Below the pieces are notes generated by a model. It saw only the letters and a list, made by a program, of their open reading frames with translations. It ran no database searches and was not told where the DNA came from. A stretch of DNA of 64,000 nucleotides from Bigelowiella natans CCMP2755 (Eukaryota > Protista > Cercozoa): NCBI GenBank assembly GCA_000320545.1, contig ADNK01002741.1, positions 1 through 64,000 on the forward strand, given 5' to 3'. This document shows, piece by piece, positions 13,810 to 27,779 of this stretch; positions within the stretch are counted from its first letter, which is position 1, and each line of letters begins with the position of its first letter. Made by a program: the position numbers and the translations under genes.

Positions 13810-14843
13810 CAAACATTAATGTATTATTTCGGGCGTAGTGAGACTTCCTGTTCTGGCCGCCGTGAGTAGCATCGATTTAGCTCCTTTGCTTTACTAAAAT
13901 ACAGACACTTGGATCGATGTTCCGCACATAGAAAACACGTTCGTGGTACGATGCGATTCATGCCCAAACAAAAATGACAGTTGAAGAAACGTTTCGGACG
14001 GCCCTTGCTGCACGCGCCAATATCTATTACCTTCGCCTTCATAGTCGAAAAAACAATTTATTGTGATCGGCCAAGATCTCGATGTGTAATATTCTTCAAG
14101 GTAAATCTCGGCGATATGCTGGCAAGATGGACGAATGGAAACTACAGGTGTTTGCAGCAGCAGCAGCAACAACAACAACAACAATAACAGTAGTGTATCT
14201 CTTGATTTGCGTTGCTACAAGGAAGTCATCGTGCGTGTGTGCATATGATGGCCGTTCTGTGCAGGTCAACAAGGCATCGGGTTGTCCTCAAAAAGGTACC
14301 CTACTCACCCTAAATATGATGGGTTTTTGCTCCTGCGACACGACAAAAATAAGGAATCATACGGCTGTTTCGTGCATCGTTTGACATTTGGTAGTTTTGA
14401 CTATCATGCTGCACATTGTGAGGAAGCATATTGTTTTTGTTGCAATCACGGCATGATAGGCTGAGCTCCGCCACTCGATGCCGTTTTTCTTCGAGCCCAA
14501 CCACGACACGCTTGTCGAGTGCATTCCGTCCATATGCGGCAGCGGTGGTAGCTACGATCATCAAAGCGACCAAACCACCAGCCACACTCACAATGATGAA
14601 AACGCTCCGAACGACGAGAATGTCTGCGAAATGACCGGGGAGGAGGATCTTAATAATGGGAAAGCAGCAGGGGGACGGGTAGCGTCGGCCGATAGCAGCT
14701 ACCCGCACAGGAGATCCAAGCTGCTGGTCTTCCCAGGAAATCCTGATAATCGGCCACAGAAGCCAAAATTCCCCCCAACGCTAAGCGGGAGGTATCTGAT
14801 GGACAAATACCACCAAACTCATGAGGACTTTGCGAGTTCTTAA
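11363..14843 (+). CDS. 2-oxoglutarate/Fe(II)-dependent oxygenase, isopenicillin N synthase-like (DIOX_N + 2OG-FeII_Oxy), multi-exon
   Basis: Spliced peptides: EIPVVDM..VREACLHTGFFYIKNHGV, LFALPLEEKLK..NRGYT, GDFKEGFYIG, GPNQWP, LRLLRY, GAGAHSDYGLITILATDGTPGLQV, VNLGDMLARWTNGNYRSTRHRV, RHSMPFFFEPN. The HxD..H iron triad and RxS motif are intact; TAA at 14841-14843. Confidence 0.93.
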
Positions 14844-16342
14844 TTAATCTTTGCATCGATCGTCATCACTATCACCCATGATGATTTTTTGGTGCACGAG
14901 CACTTAGTCGCAATTTGCGCGCGCTCATCGCTGTCGGACCTTTCTCGACGCGTGCACAGAGTGCACCAGTGTGTCAGTAGCTAGTTGCTGATGATTGCCA
15001 ACATGTGCGCATGGCTGTAATAAGTGCGTTGTCCATGATCAACAATCTGCAAGGACACTAGCTCATGTACGTACCATGCCGAATGCTGTCGCATATGCTG
15101 TGGTGCCCGTACTTTATGCCTTCAAGTACCACGATTTGTACCACAAGGGCCCTTTACATGCCAAAGCATCCTCGGTGCGCGCCTAGACACACACATGGCG
15201 GCAGATATCACTAGATCACACATGTCTAGGTTTTAATTTCTTTGCTACGTACGCGTATAGGGACTTAAAGTCCATATATACGCTTCACGCAATGTACGGC
15301 TGACGAACCTGCATGTGCACACCGTCAATGTTACCACTAGAGCATGCATGCAGGTAGGTGAATGGCAGCAGGACGCAAATTATAGACACGTAATATCATA
15401 TATATACTATATATGCAAAGTGCGCCATTGTTTGTGGAACATGGTGCTATACATCGCGTAGTCATTTCGTAGTGAATTATACATGCTGTTTTTTGTGAGG
15501 TAATAATTGGGTGACGGTGTCATTGTGCTGCCACACGGTGCGCGGTGCGCACACTTCTAGACTTGCGCTGCCATGCTAGCATGCAAGACTGTTGCTACGT
15601 TACTACATGCAATGGACAACCTAATGGGAAACATTACACACACGCACGTATGTGTGCGCACACTGTATCACTATATGTCTGTATAATTATCAGCCTTGAG
15701 CATATAAGTGTATGCAATGCTACATGTGAGCGACTGCAATAAAACAAAGCGATGCGATGTGCACGACGCAAATGAAGTGCGGACAGCATATGACATGTGT
15801 ATAAGTGTTTCCTTCACATTCCGGGATCGCGTTGTAATCACAGCAAGCCTTGTTTCAAAACTGCGCACCGGCACAGTAGCACACTGGTTGAAGTTAGCAT
15901 ATTCGCACATGTAATTGTAATGAAATTGCATGCAATCTAGCAATGCGCATTGTTCGGCGCGGCGCGCAATGCTAGAATGCTTTATTAACACATCCAATTT
16001 ATTATTTTGGGTTGCATAATTTTTTGGGGGAACTTCTGAGACCAAAACCAAGCCAAGAAAATTCGCAGGCGCTGGCTCAACGAGCGCGAAATCGAATCAC
16101 CCTGTAGACTAAATGCGTCTGGTGCTCCTGAAGCCCAAACGCCTTCGGAGTACCATATTGTTGTGCACACCTGGATCTATTTGGACGTCCATTTAAGCTG
16201 CAAAAATGCAGTTTTTGTGGAAACTAGATTCATATGATTCTTATGCTGCCCCATTAGCTTCGAGCTCCAAAATGGGTTGTTGTGACCACCGTCATAGTTG
16301 ATGCAAAGCAATCACTTGTGGTCGACATCCAATGGAAGTAGA

Positions 16343-16852
16343 TCATCGATTGTAAAGAACAATTGAAGCTACAACTGCCGCAACGCCTCCTAAACGACAA
16401 ACAAACGGCTGCTCATTTTCGGCAAGAAAGCAGTATGCATGAAAATGAATTGCTGAATTATCACGTCATGGATATCGTCATTCACACATTCTGGCAGTGC
16501 TAGTGTACAACGTTAATATCTGACAACAACCTGCAAATACTGGTGATGGTGGGCGCCCTGCCATGGCCGCATTTGCGACACACGTCAATACGATAGAACT
16601 CGGTTTTGCATATGAATACCTACAGCACACCATAATCAGATATCTGATTTGTAGGATAACTGCTGATCCAAGTTAGGAAAAATGATGCGGGAATCTTCTG
16701 AATGAAGCTATAATGGTATGACGTTCTTCTACTCGACCACAATGCAAGGAAAAAAAAATAATTACAGGATGTTGTCTGTGTATTTTAGCGTGAGAGGAAT
16801 TAGCACTCCATTCAGAGCCTTTAGTGCTACTATCTGTGAGAGAAAAGAGTAG

Positions 16853-16889
<37 letters not shown>

Positions 16890-16982
16890 ACACACACACA
16901 CACACACATAAGCACACACATAAACACACACACACGCACACACACGAATACACACAGGTACGCACACACAAACACATTCCCA

Positions 16983-17023
<41 letters not shown>

Positions 17024-17773
17024 ACACACTTCGTGCTTACCAGCCACACCCACGGTGTTAGAGAGGTGACAGACGATATCATCGAAGCTACTGGTGGCAA
17101 CCCACCCCCTTGGAAAACGTAAAAACCGCAAATTCAGTGGATTTTCTACTAAGATTTATGCAACGATATCTACAAATCGCACTGACGATTTTCAAGGGAC
17201 GAAGACAGATACATTATCTTGCAGCATGGATGTGTCAATCATCGTGGCTACACTACTGCTGGCTGTGCCCACCACTTTCAACTGATAGCGCTACTACAGC
17301 AATTATGACGAACTCTAGTATTGATATACCTATTACAAAAGCTTTGCCAATCATGGTCAGCAGAACCCAGAAGAAAATCCACCTATTCAAAACCAGTAGA
17401 AGCCCAACTGATATAGGAACTTATCGGAGTGATTTCCCTCTCCAACTACTCGCGAAACACGCTGGTTTTGCTGACTGCACTCTCGATATTATCGAACAAT
17501 GTTGTTGGGCTGATACCATGTGATTTGCAGGTTCTGCCTCCACATGTCAGCTTTCGGCAGCTTCAGGATCTTCTCATAGTACACGTTTGGCAGCGCGGAC
17601 AGAAGACTAATTAGCACCAAAACGTAGCAAACTAAAGCCGGCAACAATGGAATGAAATCTCAGATTCGCTGTTAGGCTCATAAGCTGTAGATTGCCGCAT
17701 TTGACCTCGACACTATCACGAAGAATCCACCCAGCAACGCATTGCCACCCGCAGCGGCAACACTCGTCATTTC

Positions 17774-17811
<38 letters not shown>

Positions 17812-19439
17812 CGACAGACACAAATACACACGTAAATCCACCCTTGAGTTAGGTTCCTTACTTACTCATATATAGCTCTCTGGCCTCCATCTCTCCCTCC
17901 TCCTCCTCCTCCTCCTCCTCCCCTCTCTCCTTTCGTGTTTGTTATTGATCCTTTACAACACCTGCGACTGCACCACGATCATCCCAACAATCAACAAGCC
18001 CAAGGCGCTGAGGTGCATTTATCACGGTGGCGGTTACGATAACGATTATGTCAGACGGGGTAGCTTCGTCTCCCCGACGCTATAAGTACTCAATATCCCT
18101 CGGGGGATGTGCGTAAGCGTGTATGGACGCACATGTGAGAGGGGAAACTATTACATGCACAAAGTAGCATTCTACACCTCCATTGCGTTGCAGAAAGGCG
18201 GCGCCCAAGAATTGTGACCATAAATATCGCAGTGAACACCGTCTTGGTTTGACTCAAAGCCTAAAAACGAAAAACCACGCAGCATGCATGAACGAGAGGT
18301 ATTTGATGATAACCTCACGCCGCTCCGCCGGCTTGCTATCTAGACATGTAACCTCAGCGGGCATTTTGAACGGTGTTTTCTAGCACTAATATAAACTTAG
18401 AAAGTGCAAACGATGCTCGGAAAACACGGTAGGAGAGAGGAAGCAATATCGACGCATTAGCGATGATGACACCTGATAAGCTACGGCAGAAAGATTCGAC
18501 AGCGCGTTGAAATATAGCAGGTTTTGAATGCCATACAGCAATGAAATCCACATCAACGCCGTCGCGGGGTCCTTCAGCGATCCTCTTCAAGCAAGGAGGA
18601 GAAGACACGTTCAGACAACATGAAAAGTCAAACGTAATTATTGAATCAATTTGCATTGGATCGGTGAAAATGATTCATCCAAAGTTCCTTTATGCTTTAT
18701 CCCATTATTGTGTTTCAATCCGATAGCAGGGGGGGAGGAGGGGAGATTCGAAGAAACGGATGGCAGGATTGATGAAATACATGTTGTTAGTTGTAGATAG
18801 GACTATCATTAATAAGCCGGTAGTAGCAAGATTTATAGCAGGGGACGGAGCTTTGTACTAGAGAAAAATGCCGTGGAGGTACACCAAAGAGAGTGTACTA
18901 ATGCCTACTTTCAAACTTCAGACATTACCTATTTGAGAAGACAGATTTTATGTCCTTCCCAGCTCCCTTGAAGGAGGGAACCACCCTATCTGCCCCTCCC
19001 CCGAACGCGCTTATAGAAAACACTAATAGCGGCAGCTTCATCACCTAAGGCGGGGAAAAAGAGGAAGTTGGGGGAAGAGAGGCAAATTTAAACAGAAAGC
19101 CATCCGAGGTTTTTCATGTTGTCTATCATTACTCTATTTGAAGACTTGCGAATAGGAATGTAACATCCTATCGCATAGTGACCATCGCTATCTTATCTGA
19201 TATGATTATAGCTCACCACCAGCTATCAGTACCCGCCTCTCAGTACCTCTGCCAGCAAAGACACAGCTCCCTCGGAATATCTGATAAAAGGTCAACGCCG
19301 CCAAAGTAGCAAAGTGCAAATGGCAGACTGTTATCGAAAGATAGTTGCAATAATGTTGTTTGATGTAAAGTACTTGTTGAGTTTATGAGCAACAGCAACA
19401 ATAAACGTGGATGCTTGTACGACTCCTCGTTATTACCAA

Positions 19440-19474
<35 letters not shown>

Positions 19475-20102
19475 GTACTTAATAATTACTACTTAATACT
19501 GCCACTACGTTCAATTACGGTTGTCCTTGCTTCCTTGTAATATCAGTGATTTGATCAACCAGAGTCTTGTGTAGGACAAGTGCGAATAATATAACCCATT
19601 TCCGCCACTTGGGCGCGGGCCGCGCCTCCAAGGTAGCAATATCTCCAGATGCTGCTGTCGATCCTGGTGTCGTCATTAAACGACGGCGTGGTGCCGGCCG
19701 GTTGCTGAATGAGACACGGCGGATCGTTGAATGACTACTCAGATGACTAGCAACAGCTTGTGCAGCAGACTGGTGGTGTCGATTTGTAGAATGCTGGCCG
19801 AGGGTATCATCCATGTTTGTTTTAAATGCTCCTGCGATGAAGGACTGCGACGGCATATGGCGCCCATGGTTCTGCCTCAACGTCAAAAATGAAGGCGAAG
19901 AAGATTTAAGTGCCCGTAAGGTAGCGATGCCTTTGAGAGGCGAGGGGTGTGGTGAGTAGAAGAACGACGAGGGCGACGAGGCTGTGAGCTGAGCATTGCT
20001 ACTGCCTGCCGTTAGCCCTATGAAAAGTAAAATTGAAGAAGTAGCTGGCACATTTCTGCCACTAAGACAGCCCTTACCACTACCCTCCACTTTGCCAACC
20101 AT
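16343..20102 (-). CDS. Nucleotide-sugar transporter, SLC35A (CMP-Sia/UDP-Gal) family, with an N-terminal leader of about 150 aa
   Basis: Spliced peptides: [139 protein letters not shown] (16345-16343). Confidence 0.9.
16856..17030. repeat. Compound (TA)n/(CA)n microsatellite filling an intron
   Basis: Direct reading; lies within the intron between the TPWVWL and IVALKAL exons. Confidence 0.9.
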
Positions 20103-20870
20103 TATCAGGTCGGTGAGCAAATAACTTGTGAGGTAATTCACAGGAAAACAAGGGGGGGGGCCACTGTGCAGGTCAGAGTTTGTTGTGGATATGAACTGGG
20201 ATTCCCGAGTATTTTGTCACCGCGACAAAGTCAAAACGGCCCCATCCGCAGCCATGTCAAACCAATCAAATACATACCTACGACAACGTAAAATCCATCC
20301 GGTTTCGACCTCTCGGCAGCCCTCTGACGATTAAATTTTCCAGAATTTGACCAAAGCCTTTCTTGTGCCATCTCATTGGGGCATCGCAGATCGAGACATG
20401 ACAATGTTGGGTTCTAAGTTTACGAATACCGCCGTTCGAAAATTGAGCATGGTGCATCCTTGCTTTTTTTTTCCACATTTCTCCGACCCCCCTTCGGGAA
20501 ATGACGGACCGTTGGGGTTTAGATCCTGCGACAGAGAGCCTTCAGATTCTCGGGAAAACATCATCGGCAGAAGAATGCGCCCGGATGCCAAAAAATCCCT
20601 GAAAATGTTTTGTGTGACAAGGAAAAGATGATGACGCAGAGTTTAATTTGCTTATTGGGTATCTTATCATAACATTTCTCATCTGGAAGCTTGTGCCGTT
20701 GATCGGTGGCACGTTAACAAGAGCCTGCTTCAAGCCCTGGTGTGCAATCCCCCCCTGCCGCATCCCGGCTATAAGTTCGCATTTTATCATGTGTGCACGT
20801 CTAGTTTTTAGCTTCTTACGATTGTGTGCTCTTTTATTTAGGCAATTGGCCAATTCATTAAGCAAAGTAA
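20103..20870. promoter_or_regulatory. Divergent promoter region shared by the transporter and SARDH
   Basis: About 770 bp between head-to-head start codons, with A/T tracts and no microsatellites. Confidence 0.5.
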
Positions 20871-23472
20871 ATGCTACACGGCGCAACCTTGTTTGCAAGT
20901 CGGCACTCTCGTCGCCACCGCTCGCTTTTGAGTAATGCCTGCAAGTTAGCAGATACAGCAGTCCGCCATCGCGCCCTGCTTTCATCAACTTCGATTTCGG
21001 AGGCTACTTCCCCCAACAGCAACCAGAATGGGAACCTGTCATCATCCAAGAACAAGCCTGAGCCCGCACTTCCTTCGGAAGCCGACGTTGTCATTGTCGG
21101 CGGGGGTGCAATAGGAGGTTGTTAGCTTCGTTGAACTGTATATACTAACGCGCCATTTTACGAGTAATGTGGCAGAATTACAGAACACCTCTTTCGCCCC
21201 CCCCCCCCCCCCCCTCTCTCTCCCCCTCGCGTGGCTGATTGCTGCTAAGACGAACTCACTTGACATTCCGATGAGAACACAATATCCATTTTGCTATCGA
21301 AAATGTCATCACATTGCTGTAATCCAACTGATTGTCCTTTTTCTGCAGCGTCCTTAGCATACCACCTGGAGTTAGAGGGACTCAAAGCTGTGCTGCTAGA
21401 GCGGTAAGCTGCGAGACTGCTGGCGATGATACACTACTGATGCTGGTGTTGATGGCGATGATGACGATTGAGGCGGTGATGGTGATGATCAGTCGTGAAA
21501 GTGAATATCATAAATTATTCTGTTCGTAATAGACATGAGATGACTGCGGGAACTACGTGGCACAGGTAGTACTTTTCCCACATAGGCAGTCGAGCCCTAC
21601 CACGATTGTGCGTGTTGGCGTCGATACATCTCCTGCACATGTCTTCGTTGAGTTACAATTGGGAATAAATTGTAGCCATTCACAATGTTTCTAACCTTTG
21701 TCTCGCCGTCGAAGTCGTCATAATCGTCGTCGCCATCATCATTATCATCATCATCAGCAGCAGCACGAACTTACATCACCTCAATCACATGAAATCAGCG
21801 CCGGGATGCTGTGGCGATTGCGGCCAAACGACACCGATATTCAGCTTCACGCATACACCCGCTGGCTTTTAAAAGATAAATTTGAGAAGGATTTGGGCGG
21901 AGATTCAAATGCGTTCACCTCCAACGGCGGCCTATTCATCGCCACAAACCCAGAGAGGATGCAAGAGTAATCTGCCTGCGAGAGAGAAATAACAATCAAC
22001 GCTAATGTGTCACGATCCCCGCACGGCTATTCAACCATTCAAACGACATTATATTGTATTATTTTCGTCTGTGTGTTGATTGCCTTGTCACTAAAGCTGC
22101 ATTGTAGTGCTGACTTCAAATTTGCAGCACACTTTGTAGCCTCAAACAAAATGGTGAGCCACACCATTAGCGTCAAAGCTATCGCGACCATCATTACCAT
22201 CACTATCAGCATCACTGCTTTCATCAAAACTACCAACTAATTTATGGCATCCTCGCAGATATAAACGGCTCAAAGAGATCGGTAATTACTTTGGAATTGA
22301 GTCTGAAGTACTAAGCCCCGAAGAGGCCGTCAAGATTCACCCTCTGCTAAATCCTGAGGCATTCATCGGAGCCATGCACTCCCCCGGCGATGGTAACCAA
22401 GATGTCTAATCACAGAAAGACCTCACCGAACTCAATTTGGGAAGGGGGGGGGGGGGGAGCACATCATTCCCAAATATACTTCTGCCCTGTGCTAAGCAGC
22501 AAGTTTCATGCTGAGTCGAAGTTCCCCCCCCCTCTTAACTTCACAGGCACTATCGACCCAACGACTGTGACGAATGCGTATGTGAAGGCGTGGCAGCAGC
22601 AGCTAGCGTCTCCAAAGGCTCTAAAGACGACAAGGCTATTCGAGGGAGTCGGGGTGAAATCAATTATTACCGAGCCCTCTTCTTCACACTCAGCATCTGC
22701 ATCGAAGCGGCCAAAAGTTGTCGGAGTTTTGACCGAGCAAGGCCAGGAGATACGGGCCCCGGTGGTGGTGAACGCCTGTGGGGCTTGGGCAAATGAGCTT
22801 CATGCAACGGCGCTGGGAGACACCCTGCCTTTGTGCTCCATGCAGCATGCAATGATCGTGACAGAAACGGTATTCACAACCAAACACAGCTAGTTTCTAC
22901 TTTGTCGGGCTGCTGCTGCTTGTCTCTTCTTCACCGTCCTCATCGAGCGTCGTCATCGTCATGTATTTCTTTGGATTTCTCTGATATTTCTTCCTTCCTT
23001 CCGCTCTCCGTCGCCCCAGATTCCGGGTGTCTCACCGTCGCTGCCAAATGTAAGAGATCACGACAGATCGATATACATCAAGACGCAAGGAAACGCGCTC
23101 GCCCTCGGAGGCTATGAGCCAAATCCGAATTTTTGGCAAAATCCGGCAAGGGACTTCGCCTTCGGGTTGCTGAAAAATACATATTGCGCCGTTTCTTGTT
23201 CATAGCACTGCTAGAACTGCTTGAAACATATGCCTAGCCAATCCCACGACATTGCTCTTGGAGAGCAGACGTTGCCATTGACAATGTAGACATGAAGCGA
23301 TTCTAGATTCGTAAAGTGTATTCGTCGTCGTTTCGCCAGGTTGTTTGATATGGATTGGGAAGCTTTCGATCATAACCTCACGGGGCACATGGAGCTCTGT
23401 CCTGTAGTGGAGACTACCGGCATACAAAGTCGGGGCATGATTATAGAGACGAGGAAAAAGAAGAAGAAGAAC

Positions 23473-23504
<32 letters not shown>

Positions 23505-25705
23505 CGATGATGATGGTTACGGTGAAAATATAGAAGGGCAAAGCAAATGACTCAAACTCTTCGGAATGTAATTGATGCCGTGATTCACCTCCCCTCCCTT
23601 CCCCTCCCCTCAACTCCTCGCTCTATTGGAACGGTATGCGATGAACGACCAGGCACCGTGTGCGGCCCTGAGAGTTTCACCCCCGACCACAAGCCTCTCG
23701 TCGGATTTCACCCTGAAATGCAGGGCTACTTTCTTGCTTGCGGTACCACAGAAACATGGGCGGTGTTTCCATTCGATTATCTTTCGAAATGCCATTAATC
23801 GATATAGTGTTGCTGTCCCTTCCTTTCTGGAGAGTACTTTTGTGAGAAGTGTATAAGAGCCGTTGGCGACATTGCCTCGCAGCTTGTATAATTGCTTTCT
23901 CACTGTATAAGAGTCGTTGACGAGTGTTCGTGTTTGCCTGCTACTTGCGCCGTTGGTGGTTTTGCAACCGCAGGAATGAATTCCATGGGAATCATGCTTA
24001 GCGGGGGACTAGGACGCGAAATGGCTCAGTGGATAAGTCCGTTGCTCAAACACCAAAAAGAAGAATAACTGAGAAATGATGGCGAAGATCATCTCCCAAT
24101 TATGACCCGATCCGCCCAACCCCCACCCCTCTGCCGTCGCGTTGGCTTGCTGTGTTTCCTCAGACAAAGGGTCGGCTGAGCTCGATCTTTTCTCGTATGA
24201 TATCTCCCGCTTCCACTCCGATTGCGTGGGCGATAAGGACTGGGTGCAGCAAACGTCGCACGAGAGTTACGCGAAGACGTACAGCATCGTGCATCCGAAC
24301 GACGAACACATGGCCGGGAGGTGGGGCGGCTTGCTTGCAGCATTCCCCGATTTTCCTTCGCTTGCCCTTGTTCAATTCTCCCACCACCAACTGGCCTTGG
24401 TCTACCCCATTTTTTTCCCCGACAGGTCTGTGCGCCGCAGCGCTCTACACGACGCTCTTTTGGAACGAGGGTGCGTGTTTCAGCAGCGACACGGATTCGA
24501 ACGACCAGGGTGAGGAAGAGGAAGAAGCGACATGAAAAGTGTTGTCCTCATTCAATACTGCTACTGCTGCTGCTGCCGCCACTTTTGACTTCGCGATTGT
24601 TGCTGATAGATTCTTCGCTACTGAGCACAAGAAGAAGGAAACGGCAGTGCTGGAATATGACTATTACGGAGCATATGAGGTATTCTCTCCGTATGCTTGT
24701 GATATGCGCAGAGTTTGTCTGCTGCATACTCCTGTTTCTGGTGCTGATATGTACCTTCAATTAGCATGATAGCGGGTTGTTTACGGTTAGGAGGTCGATA
24801 TTGATGCAGACACCGAATACAAAAAGCCCTCTCACCTCAAAAATAGCAAGCTTCAGGGGAAGATGCATGAGTACTATCCTTACCGGTAATGCGCGCTTTG
24901 GTACTATTACGAATTTTTTACGCGCTTCTTATCTTGCGACAACTACTCTGAAACTGCTGTTAGATCCACGCAGCGAGGTATGATTTCTAGACCGATTCGT
25001 ATTCTTCTTCTTTCTGTCGATAATATTAGGGATATTGTCGAGTCGCACATCACCTTCGATTGGCCTCCGTCTTTCGATATAGTTAAGGAAGAGGTGTGCG
25101 AAGTGTGCTTGTCTGAGTAGCACGCGCGCACGCACTTCACTGATTGCAGCAATGCATTTCTTTGAAGAGCGGGCGAATCTAGATTTCCCACCATCAGCGG
25201 TGTCGCCAATGATGCTTTATAATTACCCACTCCTTCTCCTGACGATAGCACGCGTTGTTACCCCCCCCTCCCCCTCCCATTCCCTCCCCACTGCAGGCCC
25301 ATGCATGCCGTAACGGCGTGGCTATATTCGACCAATCATATTTCGGCAAGTTCGTGATTCAAGGCAAGGAAGCACGGGCGGCTGTTGACTACATCGCAAC
25401 CGCGCGATTCGACGAGGAATCGTGTCCGAAAGGGCGTGTAAAGTACACATGCTTGTGTAACAGCAAAGGAGGCGTCGAGGCCGATCTTACCATAACATGC
25501 CTTCCAAAAGAGGCGGTTGCGTCAGGCCTGTTCGCTGCTCCTAGCAGCTCCTCGAGTGAGAATGGCGATGTGTTTTACGTTGCAGCAGGTGGCGCACAGA
25601 AAACGCATAATTGGAGGTGGTTTCAGCAGCACACCAGAGATTTCGACTGTGAGATGGTCGATAAAAGCGACAATATGTCGCTGATTAGGTGGCGCCAACA
25701 ACATT

Positions 25706-25752
<47 letters not shown>

Positions 25753-26272
25753 GACGATGCATGGCATCTAGAAGAGTGTGTTGCTTGTCCATTTTGAAGT
25801 GAGCTTACCATTCAGCCTTCCGTACAGTATCATACAATCACGCACGCACACGCAACTTCATCCCTTTAAATACAATAAAATTGGTAGCGGGAGGATATTG
25901 TAGAGGTTATGCATTGACGATCATCCAACATTCCTCAGTGTACAAGGCCCACATAGCCTAAGCCTACTAACGTCTATCATCGACGGCGATACTGCGCCAT
26001 TGGAGGAATTGGAATTCTCAAAGGCGTGCGTCGTTGACATTGCAGGGTTCAAAGTACTGTTACTGCGCCTGACATTCGTTGGGGAGAGGGGCTACGAGAT
26101 CCATTGTAAATACGATGATGCAAGGCAGATCTATGACCTGCTTATGGCTAAAGGCGAGGAGATGGAGCAGAAACAAGGTGTTCCTGTGCGTGATGCCGGC
26201 TATTATACCATCGACTCGCTCTCCGCTGAAAAGGTTGTGCAGACCAGAGAGAGAAATGTAGAGAGAGAAATG

Positions 26273-26314
<42 letters not shown>

Positions 26315-27779
26315 AGATAGAGAGAGACTTCAAAGGGGGGCGAGGGAGAGACGAGGGAGACAAAGATTTAGCATGAATAGCCACAAAGCACATGGTATTC
26401 GCGCGCGCGCACGGGTGTGTATGTGTGTCTTTGTGTGCTATTCTTGTGCTGCTTTTTGTATATAATTCATCTCAGGGCTACCGACATTGGCATGCAGACT
26501 TGTCAAACTACGATACGCCTTTCGAGGCGAACATCGGCTTCTGCGTCTCGGGCACTTTGAAGACCACGGAAAAGAAGTTTCTGGGTAGACAAGCTTTGGA
26601 GCAGCAAAAGGCTGACGGTGTTAAGGTTTTGTTTCAGTGTTATCATTCTAATAATATAATAATACGCACGGGGCGACGGCGACAACCACCACGACGATGA
26701 TGATGATGATAATGGGGGCGTTGATGATGAAAATCAATAGTATTGAGAACTGTCAAAATTAACTACCTCAACTTCTGGCTGACGACGACATGAACAAGAG
26801 ATAACGTTTCTTAAATATTAGCGGAAGTTGATATGTCTGGAAATCGAGGATCCTTCTGTGCCTTTATATGGGTACGCGCTTCATACAATTAGATCGTAGT
26901 TGTTTTCAATGCATATCTTACATTGAGGGTGTTAGTGCCGCAACTGCAAATATTTTAATTAATTGTTTCTGCAAAAATACTCTCTTTTAATAAAATACTT
27001 AGTTTTATGTGCCTACTAGCAGCATTTCCATTAACAGTCTCTATATGCCAGGCTGGAAAGTATTTATCGTGACGGGAAGTGTGTCGGATTCATCAAATCG
27101 ACTGCTTTTGGACATACCGTTGGAAAGGTGTTCGTGTCATTGTTGCTCGCCACAAGCGTACCGCTTATGTCATGATCGCACCAGTTATTGTCAAGGTTGC
27201 TTGTGATTTGACTTACTCTATTTCTATAGACACTAGCATACGGTTACATCAGCAAAGAGGGCTTCCAGGAATCGCAACTGTAAGTGATACGTCTTTGTAG
27301 CAACTTCAAACGAGCACGAAATAACGAAATTTGGAATAGAATTGAGGATGATTCTCTGAAACCTCTGATATAACACGATTTTAATAATCGTATGGTATCG
27401 ATGTTTCCACTTGTCCGCGAAAAGTAGGAAGAAATTTTTAAACCAGTTCTTCAACATAAACCAAACAATTTTTATTTGATCCTGGTATTTTCCTTTTAAA
27501 GTTGTGAGAATACCATCATCGTCGTCGCACAAAAATTGTAAGTTGATGTAATGAACAGAATGGAACGAGGTGAATCGGTACCTAGTGAGAAAGGATCCAA
27601 AATTACCAACAAATGGTTGAAAGCTGGCAAATATGAAGTCGGCGACAAGGTCAAAACGACAATTTGTTCAATCGATTCGTGATTAAGTTTATTGCATTGC
27701 TACGTGTTTGCAGGGAATTCTTCACAGTGCAAAAATTCATTTGAAAGCCCCTTTTGACCCCAGCAACGAACGGATCTAG
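20871..27779 (+). CDS. SARDH: Mitochondrial sarcosine dehydrogenase (FAD oxidoreductase + GcvT domains), multi-exon
   Basis: Arg/Ser-rich presequence; [19 protein letters not shown]; [24 protein letters not shown] (covalent-FAD His, SARDH-type rather than DMGDH-type context); NVRDHD; [13 protein letters not shown]; [13 protein letters not shown]; FDQSYFGKF; VQGP; [13 protein letters not shown]; [15 protein letters not shown]; [16 protein letters not shown]. Confidence 0.93.

Noticed and set aside
11363-14843. Idea that the local 2OG oxygenase causes the TpA erasure
   Set aside because: It is IPNS-like (small-molecule type) with a signal-like leader, not TET/JBP or AlkB; proximity alone is not evidence.
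18780-18861. Open hydrophobic frame [16 protein letters not shown] in the transporter gene
   Set aside because: The flanking exons join in frame without it and the SLC35A motif order is already complete; treated as intronic.
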